Below, one piece after another: positions 1 through 11,574 of a stretch of 64,000 nucleotides of DNA (positions are counted from its first letter, which is position 1; each line of letters starts with the position of its first letter). The stretch is from Chrysomallon squamiferum (lineage: Eukaryota > Animalia > Mollusca): positions 1,612,001 to 1,676,000 of the forward strand of contig CM022676.1 in the NCBI GenBank assembly GCA_012295275.1, in the 5' to 3' direction. The notes beneath the pieces were generated by a model, which ran no database searches, was not told the DNA's origin, and saw only the letters and a program-made list of their open reading frames with translations. The position numbers and the translations under genes are program-made.

Positions 1-103
1 TATTAACCAATCTTAACCGACAAATGTTCAAAAGAGATTGAGTCTCCACTAAAAAACTAAATAAACGACTAAAATTGAACTATTTGGTAAATATCAGAAG
101 TTC

Positions 104-161
<58 letters not shown>
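104..161. repeat. (TAA)n microsatellite
   Basis: Direct inspection; similar tracts near 15655, 19680, 33040 and 42540. Confidence 0.95.
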
Positions 162-162
<1 letters not shown>

Positions 163-545
163 GCAGATAACCCCACAAAAAGACAATTATAGTAATACAT
201 TTTAAGATTAATATATTTTATTTTTCTATAAAATTTGAAAGCAGCCCAACTACAATTGTTTAGATATAACTGACAGTCTGATGTATCAAATGAGATATTC
301 TTGTGTAATATATTCAGTTTGTGTGTGTATCTTTAGCATGTTTATATGATCACTGTGCACATTACTGTGTGTGCGCATTTGTATTTTTCAGTGAATGTAT
401 ATTTATGAATGTGTGTGCTTTATTTGCCAGAAATAAAAATTGTAACAAAATAATGAAATGTACAATGTAAGTCACAAAAAGCATTTGTATTTTGAAATAT
501 TCCAGGTACCAGGTTTTAATGAATGTTTTTATATTATTTACACAG

Positions 546-630
546 TCAGCATACTTCTGTGTGAGAACCGAGGCAGATCTGACCATGCACAGTGAAGACT
601 GAATTTAAAACTTTACCATTACTGTCATTG
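546..630 (+). other. possible plus-strand exon of a neighbouring convergent transcript
   Basis: Acceptor ttatttacacag, strong donor G|GTAAGT and a locally higher-complexity island. All three frames contain a stop, so it is either stop-containing or non-coding. Confidence 0.3.
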
Positions 631-1137
631 GTAAGTTGTTATTTCTAAATTATTTTTAAAAATATATGTTACAATGATTCATTAAGATAATTAAACAAAT
701 AAATAGTATAATGTTACCAATAGAAAGATAATGTTAGAACTGGAAATTAGGCATGACCAGTAAGATTTATATATGATATTTCAGAAGCCATGATTTATTA
801 TTATTCTATGTTATAATTTACTGTAAATATTTAATATTTAAACCAGTTGATTTTTTATTAGTTTATTTCTCTATTTTGATGTTTCACTTAAGGTGCCTCA
901 CCCAAGGGCCCAGGTAAAGTACTGACTGTAAATGTGATTAAGTAAACTGAGGCATGGATGACCTCAGTTATTACTGTGTTCAGTTCTTGTTGTTACAGTT
1001 AATTTAATTAATAGTGTTTGATTAACGGTCACTTGCTTAATTTCTGTCATGTGTGTCTGTGTTAAATATTTTCTGTAAACAATACAACTTGAGTGTATTG
1101 TATTGTGTATATAAAATGTTGTATGATTATTCGGTGC

Positions 1138-2901
1138 GAACCGATAAATACAGCACTCTTTGCAGACGACTGCGCCTTTTGGCGGGCAGGCAGATCGACC
1201 GCAGCAATACAGAAACAAATACAAAAAGACTTAAACAACATAACCGATTGGGCGTTGAACTGGGGCATAAAGATTTCTCTTTCGAAAACGACGTGCCTCC
1301 TTTTCAACAAGAAATCAGACAACAGCAAGATCACACTCAACATCGACAACAACGTCATAACACAAACAAAGACATTCAAATTTCTAGGTGTGACATTCGA
1401 CAGTCAACTCAACTTCCGATGCCACATACACAACATAATTGCATCCTGCAAAAAAACACCCAATCTTCTAAAGTTAATTTCCGGAACCAGTTGGGGAGCA
1501 AACGAGTCAACGCTGATTTTGATACACAAAGCATGTATTCTCTCCAGGCTCGACTACGGAGCCACTGTTTCTCGAATGCTCCCAAACTCTATTTAAAAAA
1601 ACTAGACATAATTCAATCAAGTGCCCTCAGGGTGATCGGCCACCTGCCAAACACAACACCATCCAACAGCCTCCGGTCGGAATACAGCATCCAACCATTA
1701 AAATACAGAGGTAAACTGCAGCTACTAAAATACAACCTGAAAATACACACACTCAACACAGAACACCCGGTCAAGGATCTGGTCCCCGACGAACAAAGGA
1801 TAGGACAGCTCTTCAAATCGCATAGTCTACTACTATCGAATTTCCTGACAACAGCTAGAGAAATCGAAAGAGAAACAGGAATAGGTGAAATGCCACTGCC
1901 GGCATACCACAAAGAAACAAAACCAACAATAAACACACCTTTCCTGATCAAAAGAGAAACTGACAAAACAGAGATCCCACCGTTCAAAAAAATCATTTTT
2001 TTTTGGCAGCAGCAAACGACCACTACAAACAACACACGCACATCTACACTGACGGATCCGAAAACCCAGACAACGGGAGAGTAGGATTCGCCTTCATAGG
2101 TCACACAAACAAACCCACATGCATACAATTCGGCCGTATCAGAAATCACCTTTCGGTATACACGGCCGAGTTGGTAGCCATCATCAGAGCCATGCTGTGG
2201 GTTAAACACAACAACAACAAACACACAGTCATTTTCTCGGACAGTCTAAGTTCCGTGATCTCAGTACAATCTGGAAGTTCCAGCAGACCAGACCTGCTCA
2301 GCAAAATACAACAACTACACGAGGACATACAACACAACAAGAAAGAACTAACCATCGAGTGGCTCCCAGCACACGTCGGCATCATCGGCAACGAACTTGC
2401 CGACCATTACGCCAAAGAGTCACTCAGCATTAAAGACGAAGACATCTGCACAGACATACATTATGGAATAAACGAAATTGTCTCCATCGCTGCCAAACAT
2501 TACGACAAACAATGGCAAAACGAATGGAACAACACTAAAAACAAATGGCACTTAAACATCAAACCACTCGACAAAACACCCAAAATCACACTCACCAACA
2601 AACTACACAACAACAATCTCACCAAAGCCAGAATTGGTTACTCAACCAACCTAAACGCAATACAATACAAATATCACACACCACATCACCCAACTGCAGT
2701 TGTGGACTCTCAGAAACCATGAAACACTACTTGTTTCACTGTCCAAATTTTGCCAAGGAAAGACAAGCAGTACGCAATACATTGGAGGAACTAAAAATCG
2801 AGTTCACGCTCCAACACATCCTGGCACCAAACGTGAAAGACAGAGAGTTAGTCCTCGCTGCAGTAACAAATTACATTCTCAAAACAAAACACAAACATTA
2901 A
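1138..2901 (+). pseudogene. ORF2 remnant: RT C-terminus + RNase H + C-terminal CCHC knuckle, three frameshifts
   Basis: RT motifs ALFADDCAFW, DWALNWGIKISLSKT, FKFLGVTFDSQLNF; RNase H motifs IYTDGS, VYTAELVAI, VIFSDSLS, WLPAHVGIIGNELADHYAK; knuckle CSCGLSETMKHYLFHC. Split across ORFs starting 1093, 1053, 2003 and 2545. Confidence 0.92.
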
Positions 2902-3700
2902 ACCTTTTTTTTTTTTTTTTTTTGACACGAAAACAAACAACAATTATATAAATCTATTGACTTGCGGATTGATTGGTTGAACAGCTGATGGTTCTACGGA
3001 TGGATCGGCTGATTGACGAATCAGTTTGAATGGCCAATTAAATTAATAATTAAAAAATGATAAACGTACTATACGAACCCACTTTCAGACACTACTAACC
3101 CGGTTATGGTGTCTTATTTCAATTTAATTTTTGTTTTCTTTTTTTTTCATATTCTTAGTCCTAGCTTCAGGATTTATAACATCTTTTAAATTAAAATAAA
3201 ATGTAAATAAGTTAACTACATTTATGTTCTTATTTGTTTTAGTTGCAGGGTTTTTTTTATAATATCTTTTAAAACAATAAAAAGACCATTGGCAAAAAAA
3301 AAAAAAAAAAAAAACAGGTTTGGACTACGTGGACCAGAAGGAAGCAGCCAAAAAAGAAACAACAACAGCAGCCAAAAAGAAACAACGACAGCAGCCAAGA
3401 GCAGAACAACCAGGACGGCAAACAACACGGACCCGGTGATGGCTGAGAGATTGTGCCGGAGATCACGGGGGGGGCGAATTGCGTCTGCGAAACATCGGTA
3501 CCGACTCGTTACGATCCGATATGCTGGACACTCCCTTGTGTCCTGCAATCGTGGCGAGAACCAATTCTTTTCCCTACCCAAAAGAATGCATCTCTGCGAC
3601 GGACACTTCCGCTGACCTGTCAGAAAGCGTGCCCGTCGCAGACGTGCTTCGCAACAGCTTGCTCTGATTAGCACGTTAATTTTTTTCCTATTCCTATTCC
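1138..3700 (+). mobile_element. 5'-truncated non-LTR retrotransposon (RNase H-bearing, I/Nimb/Ingi-like group)
   Basis: Perfect 10-bp TSD TATTCGGTGC at 1128-1137 and 3701-3710; RT/RNase H/zinc-knuckle coding remnants; ~800-nt 3'UTR ending in (TTCCTA)n; CpG-rich relative to the host. Confidence 0.92.
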
Positions 3701-4452
3701 TATTCGGTGCATGTTGTACATATAGTTTAGTAATATCCCTTCTTTTGTTTTAGGTTTTTTTGTTTTTTAGTGTTGGTTACAGAAGTTTTACAACACACAC
3801 AGCTAGTGTTGTCTGTGAGATAACATTATTACTTTGTAGTGTGCAGCAAAACTGAATTATTGTCTAATTCAAAAAGATGACAACAACAACAACAACAACA
3901 AAAGAAATGAATCCTAAACAGTAAATAAATGTTGGTGTTGTGTGTGTAATAATTCTAGTCATAATCTCACAAGAAAAAGAAAAAATTCCCCAGTCACAAA
4001 TACGTAACCTAAATCAAAACCATGTTTTTAAAAACTTATCTGCATTTACTGTATTTGAGATTTATTTTTATTATGCACACACAAATCACATGTACTGCCG
4101 AGACAGTAAGTGTTTGTTTTATTTCACACAGCTTATTTTATTACTGTTCTCATCCAGCCATGATGTGTTTTGAATTAATTAACCTCTGAGTTCAGTGACC
4201 CACGTCTCCGAACATGACTGATGTACGTACAGAGCATCTGGTGTGAAAATAATTTGATAAAGAAAAATTGCGTTGATGAGAATATCACGTGTTCAACTGT
4301 TATTAAATAGATTATTTATTCAGAGCTGTGTAGTTCATTACAAACTGCTAGATTTTACTTTATTTATAAATATAATAATATATAAAACTGCTAATTCGTC
4401 TTTTTGCTTAATACTTATAAATGTTATCTTCAGTTATTTATTAATTTGTATG

Positions 4453-4800
4453 TTTATAAACTCTAAATCTTAAATTATTAAATTGGTGTATTTTATAAAC
4501 TCTAAATCTTAAATTATTAAATTGGTGTATTTTATAAAACTCTAAATCTTAAATGATTAAATTGGTGTATTTTATAAACTATAAATCTTAAATGATTAAA
4601 TTGGTGTATTTTATAAACTCTAAATCTTAAATTATTAAATTGGTGTATTTTATAAACTCTAAATCTTAAATTATTAAATTGGTGTATTTTATAAAACTCT
4701 AAATCTTAAATGATTAAATTGGTGTATTTTATAAACTCTAAATCTTAAATGATTAAATTGGTGTATTTTATAAACTCTAAATCTTAAATGATTAAATTGT
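4453..4800. repeat. 39-bp minisatellite, ~9 copies
   Basis: Unit TTTATAAACTCTAAATCTTAAAT(T/G)ATTAAATTGGTGTAT. Confidence 0.95.
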
Positions 4801-5249
4801 ATTTTATAGAACTATAAATTTTACTTTATTAAATTGAGTAGTTTATAAAACTAATTTTCTTTTCTTTACTAACATTATTTATTAGCCCTGTTATTTTATA
4901 AAACTTGTATTTTCTTTTTTAATAATTTTTGTGCATTGTATAAATATGAATTTTACATTATTTATTAATCTTCCTATTTATCAACTCACCAATTTGGTTT
5001 GTAATTGATAAGTGCCCATATTTTATAAAAATGCTAATTTTATTTATTAACCTATTTTAAAATGATGATTTAAAACTGTATACTTTCTGTTTTTACATAC
5101 TTTATTATTAATACAGATTGAATGGCATATCCCTAGTAATAATAATAATAAATAAATATACCAGTGTATACTGGTGGTGGTACACAAACTCTAAGCAGAA
5201 TTAGCATACTTTCAGATGAATGTTGATTTTAAAACAAATACAATAAATC

Positions 5250-7971
5250 TAAAATTTATAAAAATTCTTTATTAATTTGTTGTGTTGCGACTTAAAAACA
5301 TAAATATCCACATACAAGATGCTTACTGCTGACTGAAAAAGAGTAACTTCAAGCGCAATATAATTTTTATTACTCTATTGTTCTCAAGCATGTTTGAAAA
5401 CACAGTCTGCAAACAAAATACTCAGTTCTTTCAAACACCTGATTACCTGTGTTGATGTGTTGTTTGTTCATTCATTCATCATTCATTCATTCTCTTATTT
5501 ACAGTTTCAGTAACCAGAAATAACAAAGATGTAGGACAATTATCATCATTTATTATACATTGAATTATTTACATAATGACAAATAATGAAAATAACTTTA
5601 ATATCACATGACAGTCACATGATCTTTGAATACAAATAAACTTGCACACTAGATGGCACTTTTAAAATCAAATGACCATAGGGGAAAAAGAAGTTAGACA
5701 TTGCACAGGCAATAGATACAATAACATGCCAAAAGTATCTCAGAGAATATAGGTACTGCTGTGTAGATACAGGGTCATTGTACGAGCTTTATAATCCAGT
5801 TATTTGACTTTTGATATTCTAAATATATAAATTTCCATGTTAATGTTCTATCTTTATAAGATATGAAGATAAGAATGGCCAGGGTGTGTGATAGGCATTG
5901 CATATCATGTGTTATCATTGATATAGAGTTAATTAACTTTATTTAGAATGTAACAGAATGAAACTCTTGTCAAATTAACTGATAATGTTGTGTTATATAA
6001 CACATGTTGGATATGTAACATGCTAAATTGGCAATAAATAAAATAAAAATGTTTTTATATGATTTATATTTTGCAGAGGAAATAATAAATTACAATTTTT
6101 ATTTTTATACTTATACTGAAAATTACAATTATAAGGATTTCTCATTATATTAAATGTAATAATAATTAATAATAATAAATAATAAGTAAACAAAAGTAGT
6201 AATAATGGTATTAATAATATTTATAGTAATAAAAAAAATTAAATAAAAATATTAATAATAAAATGTTCAAAACAATTACTTTTATAGAAATACAATCTTT
6301 TACTAAAAATCACATGCCTGTGCTGGTTAACATTATAAAACATATAAATTAAATGTATTTCAAAAATATATAAAAATAACTAAATTAAAAATGCTAGGAT
6401 TTCAATATTTTTAATGTGGATTTCTGAAGATATACCATGCCTCAAGTTTAATACAAATTTATAAACATTTTTTTTTTATTAAAATTATATATTACATGTA
6501 ACCCTCTTATGTTGTCACAATTAGCTAATTATTTCTTTTATAGTTGAAAAATGTAGTTTAAATATAAATAAAAGAATAACAATTTTTGACCAATTAAAAA
6601 TAGTTTTGCTTAGTATATTACTCGTTGTAAAGATGAGCTAAACAGATTCACTTTATGATATAAAAGTTTTAAGAAAGAATTCACATAACTCGTGTTTTTT
6701 CTGGCTAACTCATGTCCACACTACAGAGTGCTAAACTAATATTTAAAACATGATGAGTTTTTCTTTGTTTTTAATATCAAATAATAATAATAAATCAGTA
6801 AAACTGATAGTACAAAAGAATTTTCATGTAATATTGAATTAGAATTCTAAATTTAAATAATAATAATAATAATAATAAATTAATCAAAAAGAAAAGACAA
6901 TTCATGGTCCACTGCATTTTTAATCTCTAATTTTCATAAAGTTGAGATTCCTATATATAAGAGAGGTAACAATAACACAAGTAACATCAATATTCATAAT
7001 ACTGTCCATGATCTGCTTCTCGTTTGTTCACACCCTTCGAAGGGTTAACATTACCCTCAGTTGAGCAAAAGTGTTTGAAATATGAAATTTCAAAAAGAGA
7101 GAGGAAAAAAAGTATAATTATTTATATATATAAATTTTTTTAATGAAATATTCACATGACAACCTGCCATTACAAGGTCAAGGTCAAACAATTTATTACT
7201 ATTTTTTGATACTATTCAGGAAATGTTTTGTCATATAATACAACATGCATTTAAAGTTAAATGCCATCACAAATTGCATTTTTAGTTTCAAATCTCAAAC
7301 TGCCAATTATCTGAGTTTTTTATGTTTGTTGCTATGGAAATAGTGTTTGAAATGGCAGATAAGATGTATTAGTGTGTAGAGGTATGTTGCACAAAGAAAA
7401 TGTTAATCTCAAAGAATTTATCTTCTCACAGCCAATGGCTTCACATCTGGATAAATGACATAATCTTTTTCAAGGTAGATAATCCATATGTAGTGAAAAC
7501 CAACAATTCATTTCTCACCAAGGAAACAACAAGCTGAAGGTAGTCTCTTCACTGACAAGCTACATCAGCTCAAAGTAAAAAACATAAAAGTTGTGTTTAG
7601 TCAAGGGGGACAATTCAAGTTTCCCATTTCAGTTTCAGAACAAAATCTAATTGTAATCTTCCTATTGGACATATTTCAAATATATTTCTTCACCACTTCT
7701 TCATTACTTGCAAACGATTTCCATTCCAATCAACACCACTCTGAACCAGTCTCCATAGCAACGACAGTTGACTGCGAGCTGCACTTTGAACACAGTTTTG
7801 AGAAGACACTCATCATCATCGTGATAGCAACACCAATGTGAACTGTAGCACCATCTCTCAGAATACCAATAATAATAATTAATAATTTACATTAAGTGCT
7901 GCCAACTAATTCTCGTTATCAAGTTAAATAAGAAACCCGTCTTCACTGTTAACCAAAGGTCATGCCTCGTG
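5250..7971 (-). other. probable long 3'UTR of the ihog-like gene (3' end uncertain)
   Basis: Follows the stop codon; minus-strand AATAAA near 5268-5273 is one of several candidate signals; contains miRNA seed matches. Confidence 0.4.
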
Positions 7972-8093
7972 TCAGAGGTCAACATTTGTGTGTAACACAT
8001 CAGAACACTGAGTGCCATTGTTTATGAATGTGCGAGAACCATCTGAGTTTGTCACAGATGACTTGTTGAACGTCGTAAACTCTACTGTGCCTT
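7972..8093 (-). CDS. ihog: exon 15: terminal coding exon ending ...VLHTNVDL*
   Basis: Acceptor ttgtttcag; EGTVEFTTFNKSSVTNSDGSRTFINNGTQCSDVLHTNVDL then TGA at 7974-7972. Confidence 0.75.
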
Positions 8094-11000
8094 CTGAAAC
8101 AATAAACAAACATTATTAAACAATAACTCTCAGCCATGAAAATCTGCTTACACAATAACTAAATAAATAAATATTATTAACAGTGATAGTCACAGTACTA
8201 CAGACAAATATAACGTATCCAACAGAATGTTTATACATTATGATATGTTTAAAAATACTCTTGATTTTAGTAAATGTAAGAAATTCACTTGTAAGATGTA
8301 ATTTATATACACTGATGTCCTTCAAGTGTCAGTATCTGTATGTGTGTGTGGGTCTGTGCAGGATTGCTCTCTCTGTGTATGAATGTATCAATACAAAAAG
8401 TATAACCAATTTTCTTTTTAAACTAGAATCTATATTGATTATGTTATATTACTAACCACTAATTAGAGTGTGTGTGTGTGTGTGCATGTGTGTGTGTGTG
8501 TGTGTGTGCGTGTGTGTGCTTGCAGCATATAAACTGACCGTTACTACTCAAGTCTGTGTTTGTAGCTTGATCCTTTGTTGTGTGTTCTCGACTCTGGGGT
8601 CGTTTCCGCCTGCGTTTGTGTTTCACCTGGTTGCCGGGCACACTGCTGGGTGATAAATTGTCCATAGAATGATGTGCACCATACATGTGGTGACTGTCAC
8701 ACCTGTCACTGTCATTATGGGCTAACTGTTCCTCAGACAGGTAAGTTTCCACATATCTGACAGGTAGGTGATACTTAGGAGAAACTCTACAGTTCAACTC
8801 ACAACCTGCAATATCATCATCATTCGCGGAGTATGGCTGAGGCGAAAATGAGTGAAATGTTGATGGGTTACCCCCTGGATGGGCGGGGTAGTCACCCACA
8901 CTCCCATCTATACAGTTTTGATTAGGTGTGAGTCTATCAGTATCTGTTTTACCAGTGTTTATTGTGTTACTGTTGTTATCATTGTTGTTCTGGTATACAC
9001 TGTAGGATGGAACCATCCCGTTAGCCATCATGTGATGCTGCAAAATACATTGAAAAAATCAAAAACTTTGAAAACATTGCATGTAACATTATACATACAT
9101 TTCACAGAGTGAAAATATACTCAGTACATATATTATACTTACAAGCTTGCTTATAACTTTATTTGTTTTTTAACTCTGCCTTCCATGGTACATATTTCCT
9201 GTCCAGCCATGAAGAATCCATAATGTTAGTGTTATACCAAACATTACTGTAGCAACATGATGTAGCTTATTTTAATGTACCAGATGCACAGAGTGTTCAG
9301 AGAATAATTTCTTACCTGTTTTTGTTGATTTAAAATTACTAGGATAAAGAAATGCAAGATAAAATTTTATATACAATTTACACAGTAAATTTATCTTAAA
9401 GTTTAAATTTATTGCTGAAAGGGTGAAGTTTTATTTCTTACACTGTAAGGTTTTCCTGGATCTGTTGCTGCTGTCTCCATTTCAGACAGAGGGTTGACGT
9501 TGATGTTCATCTTGTTGTGCTGACTTTGAGGTAGATGTCCGTTGCCGACGAGGCCGTTGAGGCCGTTTAAAGGGTAGCCATTCATGTACTTCTTTCTCAT
9601 GCTCTCCGAGTAGATCCTCTGAGCCTGGTCTTGAAACTTTGTAGTGTGAACCACTCCAGACATTGCTGTGTGAACAAAATAACACTTTAAATAAGATGTA
9701 GTGTGAACAAAATAACACTTCAAATAAGATGTAGTGTGAACAAAATAACACTTTAAATAAGATGTAGTGTGAACAAAATAACACTTTAAATAACAAGTAG
9801 TGTGAACAAAATAACACTTTAAATAACACAGTATTTAACATGTAGTGAAATACTCTATAAATATAAATTAATATTTCCGTTTAATGTGAAGAAAAAAGTA
9901 AATGCTTTGTGAAATTTAGCAGCAAGGGATCTTTTTTATGATGAAGTGAAACAAGATATGATGGGAAATAGTAAATAATCTGAGATGTAGCCTTTGAAAC
10001 TTGTCCACTAGTCTTCTATATTAAACAGTAATCAAATAAGAAAAGTTAAAACCTTTACTCGAACTTACCAAGCAAAGCTCGCTGTTTTCTCTGTCGCCAC
10101 CAGCACATGATCATGAACACAATCAGAACTACAAAGAGAAATGCCAGGACGATGCCGAGGGCGAGGTAGAGAGTCTCACTGCTCAGTTGTGTGTCTGTCT
10201 TTCCTGCAACAGGCTCGTTGTCACTGTCACTGTCACGATGTGAAGAATCAGGTTTGTACGAATCAGGTTTTCTTGTGTTGGAGTCGGGCACGTTGTTGTC
10301 AGGTTGAGGAGTTGGAAGAAGAGGAAAGTTTGGACGTTTCTGACTGCCTGATGACTGTGTTCTCTGCACAACGGTGGTGCTGTAGTCGCTAGTGCCAGCC
10401 GAGTTGAAACACTGCATACGGATGCTGTACTCTGTGTCTGGTATCAGTCTGTCGATGATGTGTTGTCGAATTCCTGCTCCAATTATTGGGATCTGCTTGT
10501 CATCTTCCTGCGAGTGGTAGGGCTTGTAGTAGATGTAGAAACCTTCAATAGGTGACGAGTCAACAGGCAGATACTGAAACACAGCAACAAGTTCCTTGTT
10601 AGCACATACACTCACACATTTACACAGAAAGATATTATAAGGGATATCATTGTTAATATATTTATTATTTTACATTATCTGTATACATTATTATGAATAA
10701 TTCTGTGTGTTTAGAATTGCTTTTTCATATAAAATTTAATTTTTCTTATTTGATTATTGTATCAGTCAAAACAATTATAATATTTCAATATAAAATGTTA
10801 ATATTTTATTAAATATTTTATACCTACATACATGATTCGTTAAAAGCTATATCTTTACATATTATGAATATACTTACTCTCCATTTAACTCCAATGGCAT
10901 AAACTGTTTTATCTAAATCTTGATCATAATATTCAATAGGTTTTGCCTCAACAATTCTAGGCTTGTCCACTGGTGGGCTTGGTTCCTTACGTGGTGCCAC

Positions 11001-11503
11001 CTGGAGTGTAAATCTAACTGAGTTATGTCCCACTTTGTTGTCGTTGTTTGAGTACACAGCAGCTATACGGAACTTGTATGTACCTCCTGCAATAAAAAGA
11101 AATATTTATTAAATTGCTTTAGTCTTACTAATATAAAAGAAAATCACAGTTGTTCAATTACAATTATAGTAAATTGTTCTTATATGTATGACTTTAGCGT
11201 ATCCGTACAATCTCAGGGTATCTGTACAACTTTATGGTATCTATACAATCTAAGGTATCATCTAAACAATCTTCAAGCTTTCAAGACATGCTTCCTTTCA
11301 GTCAATTTATTTAAAAAAAAATTATATTAACATATGGATACAAGCAATCACATGGAAAATATTTAAACAAGTTAAAGAACTTGTCTCAAGATATTAATAA
11401 ATTTGTTCCTCTATTTTAAAAAATCTTAAGAATGCATTTACTGAAACACTAGAAAAATTTTCAAGTAGGTGATAGCATATAAAAATGAAAGCTAGAGAGA
11501 GCT

Positions 11504-11574
<71 letters not shown>

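Noticed and set aside
1062-2391. Antisense ORFs over the retrotransposon (1062-1379, 1613-2224, 2146-2391)
   Set aside because: Shadows of the A/C-rich sense ORF2; no independent motifs.
3430-3500. Possible HDV-like (GGCGAAT) or hammerhead (CTGAGAG..GAAAC) ribozyme core
   Set aside because: The P1/P2/P3 pairing for HDV could not be built, and CTGAGAG does not fit CUGANGA.
3222-3674. Overlapping ORFs on both strands in the LINE 3' region (e.g. 3289-3615 +, 3222-3674 -)
   Set aside because: They begin in or run through poly-A/poly-T tracts and a GC-rich structured UTR, with no recognisable protein motifs.
9482-9841. 119-aa ORF with repeated LFKVLFCSHY
   Set aside because: Translation of the 33-bp minisatellite running out of frame into exon 13.
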